This document shows positions 25,420-36,813 of a stretch of DNA of 64,000 bases, in pieces. How positions within the stretch are numbered: the first letter of the stretch is position 1; each line of letters begins with the position of its first letter. Under the pieces are notes generated by a model. It was not told where the DNA came from. It saw only the letters and a list, made by a program, of their open reading frames with translations, and did no database searches. The stretch comes from Octopus sinensis. Its lineage: Eukaryota. Both the position numbers and the translations under genes were made by a program. The stretch covers positions 74,276,001 through 74,340,000 of the forward strand of contig NC_043001.1 of the NCBI RefSeq assembly GCF_006345805.1, given 5' to 3'.

Positions 25420-26086
25420 TTCTGATTCGACTCTATGAAGGAGGTGCTGGACTCAGTCCCAATGCATGGCACCTTGGGCAAGTGTCTTTTACTGTAGCCT
25501 CCGGGCCGCCTATAGTCTGGTGAGTGGGTTTGGTAAATGAAAACTGAAAGAAGTCCCTCGTGTGTGTATGTATGTGTGTGTGTGTGTGTGTGTGTCTGTC
25601 TGTCTGTCTGTGTGTGTGTGAAGGCGCGTGGCTTAGCGGTTAGGGTATTGGCTCACGATCGTAAGTTGTGAGTTCGCTTCTCGGCGGTGCGTTGTGTTCT
25701 TGAGCAAGACACTTTATTTCACGTTGCTCCAGTCCTTTCAGCTGGCAAAAAGAGTGGTACCTGTAAAGCAAAGGGCCAGCCATGTCACATCATGTCATGC
25801 AGAATCTCCCTGAGAACTATGTTAAGGGTACGTGTGTCTATGAAGTGCGCGTTTATCTTATGAACCGGCTGTTTGATTCATCGTATCAACTGGAACACTC
25901 ATCATCATAACCGATGGAGTGTTGGTTTGTTTACGTACCCGTAACTTAGCGATTCGGCAAAATAGACCGTTAAAATAAGTACCACGCTTTAAAAAATATA
26001 AGTGCTAGGGTCGATTCGTTTGACTAAATTCCTTGAAGGTGGTGACCCAGCATGGTCACAGTTCAATGTCTGGAACAAGTAAAAGA
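25420..26086 (+). mobile_element. SINE C split by a nested SINE B
   Basis: Head 25420-25560 (ggcaccttgggcaagtgtc...aaactgaaagaagtcc), TG tract, insert 25621-25920, tail 25921-26086 (cgtaacttagcgattcggcaaaa...aacaagtaaaaga). Confidence 0.8.
25621..25920 (+). mobile_element. SINE B (tail type 2)
   Basis: Head matches 4970-5100; tail (gtacctgta...gagaactatgttaagggtac...aaccgatggagtg) matches 58250-58438. Confidence 0.75.
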
Positions 26087-27463
26087 TTATAGATATTCCA
26101 ACAATATATTAATTTCCCTATAAGGCGCAGGCATGGGCGTGTGGTTAAGAAGCTCGCTTTACAATCGGGTGGTTTCTGGTTCAATATCACTGTGGGCAAG
26201 AAGGTTGGCCAATGATCTGTTAGTATTTTTAGTTGACAGAAACAGTGTGGAAGTCCTTCACCCTTTGGTAACCGGTATTGGTTTTTAATTAGCGGTTCGG
26301 CAAAAGAGAATCGATAGAATAAGTACCAGATTAAAAAAAATTACAATGACAAGCAAAAAACAAAATGTGAAAGAGAAAAAGATATACAAAAAAAAGAACA
26401 TGCTAGGATTTTTACGTTCATGCCTTTATTAATGATATAAGTGGTTTTAATCAGCTGGCATTGTTGGTCCACCAACAGTTTACTTTTAACTGTTAAGATA
26501 TTCGTTGCCTGAAACTTTGATGTATTACACAAGGTGCAGACATAATCCTTTTAGCAAATCTTTACCATGGCAAGCAACAGCAATGATCACTGCGTTTACC
26601 GCCTGCATGATCAATGCTTGTTGGTCGTGGATTGTATTAATAACTTCATATAACTGTTTAACCATAAAATTTGTGATATATATTTTAGCTAAACTAACGA
26701 GATTTGTGGGGTATGTTCTTTGGGGAGTCAGATGTCATTTTGGGAGGCTACGGTTATGACTAATTTAGTGTCTGTAGTTCTTTATATTAGGGAGACGTTG
26801 GTTTATCAATCACCTCCATTATCATCAGCATCGTTCACAAACAACTTACATCCATCTCTTCCATCACTACGACCGTGACAGCCACAAACATCGCCTAAAA
26901 CAGTCACCACCTTATGACAACCACCGCCCAAACCTTACCATCACCACAATCAACACGAAGCAGATCAGTGTTAGTGCGTATCTGCCATGACATATTTCGA
27001 TGTGATAATGATAATAATAATAATAACAACAATAATAATCGTGTTTTAATGTTATATGTATATAGTCAGCTCTCTCATGTCGAGAAGTTCAATGAAATCC
27101 AATTAAACTCCAACCAAATCTCTTAAACTGCTTGTAATAATCGGTTAAATCGTGTGCAATGACGTGACATAATAGGACAATGATAATCTCTGTGTTTATA
27201 CTGTTGTTTTTCTCTCTAAGCTCTTTAATTGTGATAATAATCGATCACCGACTTTAATAGTCATTTGTTATTATCATTTTAACTCTTCTTTTTTTTGTTG
27301 GAACTTCTAGTGTCATACATAAGAAGCGGGCTTGCTACCTGCATCGTACGGCACCATGTTATTAGTTGCTATTATTTAAAAAGATGGGGAAATGACGAGA
27401 AAAGAGGAAAAAGAAACATGCTTAAAAATGAACGCATAATATTAAAGTGATTCGCTTTATTCC

Positions 27464-27692
<229 letters not shown>

Positions 27693-28016
27693 TATACAGC
27701 GTGCGTGTGTGTGTGGGGTGCGCGACAATTTTACCGTTCAAGTTTCAGCTCTTACTCTTAATCATGTGAGGCTCCCACCGGTGCATGATCAGACAGGATT
27801 CCATAAGGTATGAAGAGGGTTAGAACATAATATAAAGAACGCATCAATAACTAGAAAAAAGAACATGGGCTTGAACTTGGTATTTCTTCGTTACGTCAGT
27901 TATATGTTTCAGTATTCGGTAATATATATCACTATAAATGTAATTCACACATGCACATAAGTGCAGCGTGCATAATGAAGCCGACACTCCAAAATGGTGG
28001 CATATTATAACGAATT

Positions 28017-28173
28017 CTAAGTGGCTGTGTGGTAAGTAGCTTGCATACCAACCACATGGTTCCGGGTTCAGTCCCACTGCGTGGCACCTTGGGCAAGTGT
28101 CTTCTACTATAGCCTCTGACCGACCAAAGCCTTGTGAGTGGATTTGTTAGACGGAAACTGAAAGAAGCCCGTC

Positions 28174-28219
<46 letters not shown>

Positions 28220-28425
28220 ATGTTTGTGTGTCTGTGTTTGTCCCCCCCCCCCAACATCGCTTGACAACCGATGCTGGTGTGTTTACGTCCTCGTAACTTA
28301 GCGGTTCAGCAAAAAGAGACCGATAGAATAAGTACCAGGCTCACAAAGAGCCTTGGAGTCGATTTGCTCGACTAAAGGCGGTGCTCCAGCATGGCCGCAG
28401 TCAAATGACTGAAACAAATAAAAGA
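28017..28425 (+). mobile_element. SINE C, full length, well preserved
   Basis: gtggctgtgtggtaagtagcttgc...ccgggttcagtcccactgcgtggcaccttgggcaag...internal (TA)n(TG)n...cagcatggccgcagtcaaatgactgaaaca. Confidence 0.85.
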
Positions 28426-28975
28426 AAAACAAAAGAAAAGAAAAAAAAGGCTTAGTCTCATACGACTTACTATTTCAATAAAGAAATATGTTTGCTTAAT
28501 TTTATGTAATATTTTTGTATGAAATTGTGGTTCTCCGTTTTGTTTTTTAAACAAAATTATATAACAATTAAATGATTTTAGAAACTTTCTTGAATTGTTC
28601 TGTTTCATGTTGTCGGTTGAATATGCAGTAATGCGATTAAGTCGTTTGATTAATCGGTAAGGTGAAAAGGTGAATCTTCATTACGATTCCTGAAGCTTTT
28701 ACTTCTAATAAAATATACAAGCTTTATTTGTTCATCCTGTGTGTTTGTTTACAGAGCAAATATTCATCCACTGTATGTGTGTGTGTATGTATATAAAATG
28801 TGTGTGTCTACGTGTGCGCGTATATTTAAGAATAACGACGCAACTTTGATATTTAGAAAGGAGACAACTTTACTGGAAAATTCGTGTTGACTGGGACTAT
28901 AATTTTCGCTTGACTGCTTGAATAAGTTGTCAGGCGATACTTAGAGATCCAGTTGGCACAAATTTACGCACACAC

Positions 28976-29008
<33 letters not shown>

Positions 29009-29574
29009 CTCACTCACGCACGCACTCACTCACTCACTCACTCACTCACTCAACTTAGGGAGTCATGAGTTGGATTGTTCTGAATAAGTAAATTTCATAC
29101 TAAGTTTACTTCTTTCACTCTTTCTCTCTCTTTTTACACTGTTAATGAATTAGGAACAGAAATGACTTCATTATATAAGTTTCTTATGTCCCCTTCTTTT
29201 GTAAAGTTAAAAAATTTAATTGTATACAATGTTTAATAGACACTAGATTCCTAACCCCCATCATACTGATGACATCCAAACAGATGGAAATAACAGCTAC
29301 ATAGAAATGTTAAGGACTCTATGATTAACAGAAAATTAAAAGAGAGGCATAAAGATAATATACAATAAGTATTTCACTTCAATAAAATAATATAGTTTCC
29401 TGTATATGTTAATATGAGCATATTACTCTGGTTATATTTTACAAATTTCTTCCCAAAAGAGAAAGGCTGGTCTCTAAATCAGAAAAAAAAGTAGCTTCTT
29501 TTTTTTATTGTAATTTAGGCAATACTAATTAGATAGGCTGCGTATGTAGTTTGTCTTTATATATGCATACTTGA

Positions 29575-29790
29575 AGGCGGCGAGCTGGCAGAAACGTTAG
29601 CGCGCTGGGTGAAATGCTTAGCGATATTCCGTCTGCCGCTACGTTCTGAGTTCAAATTCTGCCGAGGTCGACTTTGCCTTTCATCATTTCGGGGTCGATT
29701 AAATAAGTACGAGTTACGCACTGGGGTCGATATAATCGACTTAATCCGTTTGTCTGTCCTTGTTTGACCCCTCTGTATTTAGCCCCTTGT
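29575..29790 (+). mobile_element. SINE A long-tail subfamily, full length
   Basis: Nearly identical to 21853-22083, including the tail ttgtctgtccttgttt...ctctgtatttagccccttgtg. Confidence 0.85.
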
Positions 29791-32269
29791 GACGTCTGTG
29801 TGAATATAACAATAGAATTTCTGTCTTATAAATATAAGCAGTTTTCTAGTGTGGTCATATTTTCCCTTATAAAATGTCAGTAAATAATTGGGAGGTACTT
29901 TCTAACCCTGAATGTCTTTGGCATGTCATATTAATTAATGTTACACATACGAGATTGTCATGTAAGATCATCATCGCCTTTAAGGCCGATCGTTTTAGAT
30001 AACCGTAGGGGTTTTCAAGGAGTTTTAGTTGTGTGAATGTGTGTCTCTGTGTGTGTGTAGAAAGAGAGAGGAAGTTAGATAGAAAGAGATGGAGAGAGGG
30101 TATTAAGTTGTTTCATTTATATTGTGTAAGCCCATTGAAAGAGATTAGGTTAGTTGTCATATCACTATTGGAAGACGTCTTCAAGGTCGCTGATTGTTAA
30201 AAATAGTGTATATGACTAGTGTGAGGTGTCCAGGTTGCGTGATATTGGCAACTGCATATGCGAAGTTTGAGAAGAAAGCAGTGAGCACCGTGAAATTGAG
30301 TTAATCCTCCTATACTTTTGATGCGTGTGCAAATGTAAACGTCATATTTTAAGTATAATTATACCTTTGAACAATAACCTCAACCAACATTTTCTCTCGG
30401 AAGAGAAATCTACTGTATCGATTGATGATAGCTGACTGACTGCAGCTAACAGAACTTTCAAGATATACATTTAATTTGTAAATTCACAGAATCTTTATTG
30501 TTTTGTTAGTACCGTTTGAGGTTATTCTAATTTTCTACTCAGATATAGTTTTGCCCGTTATTGACGAAAATCATACTCGTTTTTGGTGGAAATTAATAAA
30601 GACATTACTAATCTATTAAAGTTTGAAATTTTAGCCAATAGGAAACTTCCAATATCGATGTACCGAAAGTCGTATTTGTTTGTTTCTATAGCCAGGTATT
30701 TGAACCAGTGCAAGCGGTAGGGCTAGGGGTTTAAGTTTAGGATTTAGGGCTAGGGTTATGGTCCTTAAGAATTTGGTGACTTCTTGCAAAAATTGAGTAC
30801 ATAGCAGAATTTCACTGACACTGATTAGTCTTCTATCTTTCATTTTGGAAGTTTTCATTACATTTCTCCTTTCATATTTCAAGGTTATATAACCGTTTCA
30901 TTTTATTTCACTAAACCTTTTCCCCATCTTTAAAGGGGTTTCATAATGTTTTTAATTTTCCTTTATTAAATTCTTTTTATGTATAAAAAATATTTCAAGG
31001 TTTCTCAATCTATTCATTTTTTTATGGTCAACACACAGAAATTATGACTTTCGATTATGGAAATTTCCGATTGGCTTTGTAAACGTTTACTTAATCATTA
31101 AAGCGAGTTTCGCTGTTAGCATGCAAAACTACTACAGAGTAGAACATTAGAACAAAATTGAACGGTGCAAACGAAACTGTAAAGATTCAGTTCACCTTTG
31201 TGATATGTACCACATTTGAATGTATTAAGCATTTAGAGTTTATTAAAGCTGCGATTTAGTAAACCTAATAACTAAAGGTATTTCACCTGTGATCATCCTA
31301 TATTTTATTCAGAAACAGTGTAACTAAGACTGTATGAATGTTAATTTATTTTAAAACTTTTGGATGGGATTTACAAGGTTTGAATGTTCAATTTCTAATA
31401 GATCGGTCAACTTAACAGAGAATTCTTCGTAGGTTAGAGGTTGAGATTACAGATAAAAATACACAGGTTGGCATCATAAATTCAAATGTCAGCTCTACCA
31501 TACCATTCTATATAAATAATCTGTATACAATATACGTTGGCTATGTTTCTTTTCTCGTTTTTCCTTAGCCATTTACATCAGTTAAAGGTCCAAAGCATCA
31601 ACGAAACTATTAATATATCGCCTTTTCCGACATACTAGCGATATTGTCCTTTTTGTATTAGCTACAATGCTGTTAATTTTTCCATCTGTTTCTAGTAAAC
31701 TAAAGAAATAAATAATTGTTTGAGCCCATTACACATCAGTTGTGTTCACCCTTTCTCACAGCTGTGTTGTGTGCATCACTACATTCTTCTACTTTCCATG
31801 ACAACTTATATTTGTATACATGAATGATGGGCAAATCACATCCCATACGATTTGTATCGCAATGTCTTTCCGAATCCTGATCCTCATTGAAATACTGTGA
31901 CTGTTGGCGGTATTATTCATCTTTAATATACAAAGAACACTAAAGAGTTTCTCTCAGGATTCTCAACCATAGAATTCTATTTGAACGAGTCGAGGAGTCA
32001 ATGCTATTTGTTGATTGAATCGACCTAATACTTGGATTTCACTGCTACTTTGTTTAATCGACCCCGAAAAGATGAAAGGGAAATGCAGCCGTGGTGGGAT
32101 TTGAACTAAGTAAATGTCTCGAGATATTGTGTCCAACGTTTGTACACTTCTTCCAACCGCATATATGGTGCTAGTTAAAGGTTACCACAGGATGCCCAAG
32201 GTCACTATATGGTACCTATTTTATTCATCTGTAAGCTATATGTTTTACAGAGTACATATTGAACACTGA

Positions 32270-32530
32270 AAGTGTGTGATCTAGTGATAAGCGTGTTGCT
32301 CTCACGGTCGAAAGTTCGTTGTTTCGATTCCTGGATCGGGTAATGTATTGTGTTCTTGAGCAAAGCGCTACATTTCACGTTGCTCCAGTTCACTTAACTG
32401 TAAAGGAGTTTCAGTTATAGATGGGAGACGGACCGGCGGCCCTTTCAGAGAATAGTGTTGTAATCTCAGTCATTTCTATACCACGGAAACCGGGTGAAGC
32501 TCCGGCCTTATAAATCTTAGGGCTCCAAGT
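32270..32530 (+). mobile_element. SINE B-type head with a third tail type
   Basis: ttcttgagcaaagcgctacatttcacgttgctccagttcactt central domain followed by ...ggaaaccgggtgaagctccggcc. A decayed minus-strand SINE A precedes it at ~32000-32150. Confidence 0.6.
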
Positions 32531-33289
32531 CATACTTTGTAGTATATTGGACTTATCCCACGAAAGTAAGGTGTCGTAATGGTCTGATCTCGCGAGAATC
32601 TGGAGTCGCAATGGACTGATATCACGAGAACGAGATGCCATATAGACTTGTCTTGTGAAAATCATGCATCGTAATGGTCTGATCTCGCGAGAATTAAGAG
32701 AATAAAAGCGTAGAATCAATCACTAGTGACATTCAGAATGTTTACCCTTCACTAACAAGACAATGCTCTAATGACTTGTTACTATATGCTAAGAATATAA
32801 TATATGAAGATATTGTATAACTGAATAATACATATCAAGTGAATCTGAATAATTTAATGAAATGGGTGAGTGAATGCTATCTTGCATTGGATTTCTCTCC
32901 GTAAATATTAACTGGTCAGATATGAATTGTTAAATTGCGATTATTAACTTGGATTATCGTTTTTGATAGTTGATCGCTCTCGATTAATGTTTAAAGTCAA
33001 TGGTATTAAGTGTATGAAACTGCTATAATTAGTCAGTTGAAACATTTGTCAGGGATGTGATGACGTAAATAGAGCCTAAAACCTAATCTTCAGTGATGCA
33101 ATAATGCTTTTAATAATGGTAGGGTTAATGATGATGATAATTCTTTGATTATATTTGTTACTAGGACCCAATTTATACATATAATAAAGCCTGCATAAGT
33201 ATTACAAATGACAAAAGAATGAATAATAGAAAAGATAAGGGAAGAGTTAAAACGTCACAATTAAACGAAGAGATTCATTCAACACCACC

Positions 33290-34040
33290 TCAGCAGCTAC
33301 CCCAGAGGTTTAGCTGATGGCCGCTATCACTGGCGGCACGACCTGGTGCTCAGGACGATTGCCGATGTGACATCGACGGCTATTCAATCCAGTAAATATC
33401 ATTCCAGGAAAGAAACCATCACTTTTCTCAAAGTCAGAGAGAAGTGATGGCTTTCTCAAAGTCCAGTTCAAACTTCGAGTATGATGCCTAATTTCCACAG
33501 CCCCAGACTGACAGCTGAAAGTGAATCTCGCTGGACGAGTGAAGTCGTCAGATCACATCGTACTAACAGTACTCAGCCCAGACATTGATTTTCTTAAATT
33601 CCGCCAAAAAAGTGATCATGTGGGAACTCCATATGCCCTGGGAGGAACACATGGGGAAAGCTTGCCAAATACCAGGAGCTGGAAGAGCAATGTAGAAACA
33701 GGGGCTTGCAAGTACGTTCTGAGGCAGCAGAAGTGAGCTATCGAGGTTTTGTGAAGCTTTCATTCTTGAAAGTTCTGACTGGGTCTGTAGGTACTAGTGC
33801 AGCAAAGAGGAGGGCTATGAATTCTCTCACTGAAGTATTAAAGAAGGCCACTGGGTGGCTTTGAATAAAGAGGGCAGACCAGTGATCTGATGCTTTTGGG
33901 ATGCAAGCTGGGACTTAATCCACCCGACTGAGTCAACTTGGCGAGTGGGGTCTGATGTTGAAAGACATGAATTCTCCTGAGACTCCAGAAACATCACTGA
34001 TGAGGCAGCCCAGAGCATTCGCAAGATGTATCTTAAAGCT
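33290..34040 (+). mobile_element. HERO-clade-like RLE non-LTR retrotransposon, 3' fragment with 3' UTR
   Basis: LSSYPRGLADGRYHWRHDLVLRTIA...QLKVNL...IVLTVLSPDI...WELHMPWEEH...KYQELEEQCRNRG...EVSYRGF...KRRA...KATGWL*. The GRYxWRHDxVL and ELTVPWE-like motifs are characteristic of HERO; ends at a (CA)n tract. Confidence 0.75.
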
Positions 34041-34054
34041 GCGCGCGCACACAC

Positions 34055-34129
<75 letters not shown>

Positions 34130-34869
34130 CCGGTATAAATATTGGTTGGTTGATTCTCCAGTCGTGTTTCACATAGTATATAAAAAAAAGTTAGCATAAA
34201 AGGCACAGGATGAGTATACATACGAGGCTTAGAGACAGGCAGTGATAGATAACCGTATGAAAAATATACATTTTCAATGAGATTTTGTAGGGATATGTTT
34301 CCGACGATGTTGATGGTAATTATGTTGATAAAATGCATAAAAAATAACATATGTAGTGTAAATATACAAATGAGAAATATATTTTATTCAATTTTATTTT
34401 GAAATAATCATTTTTCTTTTCAAATTTTAGTATTTATTTCATCATTTTCTAAGAGTAGTAAGAAATTGGGTCAAATTGTAATTGTTGCATTTACGCCATA
34501 TTTCCTGACAAAATAGTACCTTAAGAATTTTCATCACATAAGGGACAACAGTCTAGTGCGTGTGATGCAGAATATAATAAAATGATATATAATTAAAAAA
34601 GACACACAAACAAATGACATCTCACTCTCATATCAATGAGAAGCTGTCATTTATGTTGCGCCAAATTATCATGCGATTCAAACCTCCATTACTATTAGTT
34701 ATAGAGCAACCTGGCACACTTGCGTAAACATTGACACGAAAATACATCGGTGGCACTTTTTACCAATATTCTATCGTATTTTAAATCTAGCACCGTTTCT
34801 TCGTATACCGTAATTCCCAACCTTTTGACAACCCGTTTATTTAAATGAGTTTTCTCAAGGACCCTTTTC

Positions 34870-34874
34870 ATATG

Positions 34875-34911
<37 letters not shown>

Positions 34912-35256
34912 TGTGTGTGTATGTATGTATGTATGTATATGTGTGTAGGTGTTGCATACATGTGTGTACATATATATATATGCATGTGTGTGTATATATA
35001 TGTGTGTGTGTAAATATGCATGTGTGTGTATATATATGTGTGTGTAAATATGTGTGTGTGTGTATATATATGTATGTGTGTATATATACGTATGTGTGTA
35101 TATATACGTATGTGTGTATATATACGTATGCGTGTATATATACGTGTGTATATATATATGTATGTGTATATATATATATGTATGTGTGTACATATATGTG
35201 TGTGTGTGTACATATATATATGTGTGTGTATATGTGTGTGTGTATATATATGTATG

Positions 35257-35289
<33 letters not shown>

Positions 35290-35483
35290 ATATATATGTA
35301 TGTATATATATATATATATATGTGTGTGTGTATATATATGTATGTATATAATATATATATATATGTGTGTGTGTATATATATGTATGTATATATATATAT
35401 ATATGTGTGTGTGTATATATATGTATGTATATATATATACATGTGTGTGTGTATATATATATATATATACATGTGTGTGTATA

Positions 35484-35525
<42 letters not shown>

Positions 35526-35550
35526 ATATGCATGTGTGTATATATGTTAT

Positions 35551-35583
<33 letters not shown>

Positions 35584-35593
35584 GCATGTGTGT

Positions 35594-35680
<87 letters not shown>
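34870..35680. repeat. Compound (TA/TG) microsatellite
   Basis: Direct inspection; similar blocks at 37030-37560, 38820-39345, 41510-41655, 49870-50055 and 61600-62460. Confidence 0.95.
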
Positions 35681-35683
<3 letters not shown>

Positions 35684-35940
35684 AATCTTACTTAGAAATG
35701 GATTGTGTGCGTTCCGTCATATAATAAATTAGTAAATAAATAAAACATATGCATATATACATACATGTATGTACGTACCTACCTCTACATGTATATATAT
35801 ATATGCATATATGGGTACAGGACACCAAAAAAACGTCGAACACAATGAGAAACGAAAACATAAACACAAAACCAGGGAAATGGACATTTTTCTTAAACAA
35901 CGAAAAAACAGAGTACAGGACATACAAAACAAGGAAAATT

Positions 35941-36002
35941 CCCCTTCTTCAGTCGCCTTTGTTTCATCTACTCCACGTTTCGAAGGTCAAGGCGATACAT
36001 GA
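35941..36002 (-). ncRNA. Candidate non-circularly permuted hammerhead ribozyme, copy 1
   Basis: RNA: UCAU-GUA^UCGCCUU-GAC-CUUC-GAAA-CGUGG-(13 nt)-AAGGCGA-CUGAAGA-A-GGGG. Stem I 7 bp, stem III 6 bp (2 wobbles), stem II 4 bp (2 wobbles); core CUGANGA/GAAA/NUH intact. Confidence 0.6.
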
Positions 36003-36751
36003 CTTTAATGAAACAATCCTTCCTGCGAAAATCAAATTAAATAAAATTTGATATTTTTTTGCAGAGGTGTAAAAATGGTAACAAAAGCAGGACAGTAACG
36101 ACAGTGCAAAATATAATCAGTAAAAGACAGGACAAGGAGAATAACAGTAACACAAACAAGAAGGGCTGTTAAGCCGAACGTGATAAAATTTTTTACGAAC
36201 GCTATTTTTTGAGAACGGTGAGGGAGCAACAGAAAGTTCCGTCTCTACTTGAAGGTAGCAAGGACAGAAAGACAGTAGCAGAGTTCTCGTCGCGGGTCAA
36301 CGACGGGAGGGAGGAGGAGGAGGAGTAAGAGAAAGGGAGAGAAAAAGGGAATGGTTGTAGAGAAAAGAATGAAGAATGAGAGAGAGAGGGGGGAGAGACA
36401 GTAAGGTAGAAGAAAAGGAACGCCAAAAGAATGAAGGCTGAGAAAGGGAGGGGGAGAGAAAGGTTAAGAGTGCGCATCATTATTAATATTAATAACAATC
36501 TTACTTAGAAATGGATGTGTGCGTTCCGTCATATAATAAATTAGTAAATAAATAAAACATATGCATATATACATACATGTATGTACGTACCTACCTCTAC
36601 ATGTATATATACATGCATATATGGGTACAGGACACCAAATAAAACGTCGAACACAATGAGAAACGAAAACATAAGCACAAAACCAGGGAAATGGACATTT
36701 TTCTTAAACAACGAAAAAACAGAGTACAGGACATACAAAACAAGGAAAATT

Positions 36752-36813
36752 CCCCTTCTTCAGTCGCCTTTGTTTCATCTACTCCACGTTTCGAATGTCA
36801 AGGCGATACATGA
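36752..36813 (-). ncRNA. Candidate non-circularly permuted hammerhead ribozyme, copy 2
   Basis: Identical to copy 1 except GACAUUC for GACCUUC (stem II one pair shorter); 811 nt from copy 1. Confidence 0.55.
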
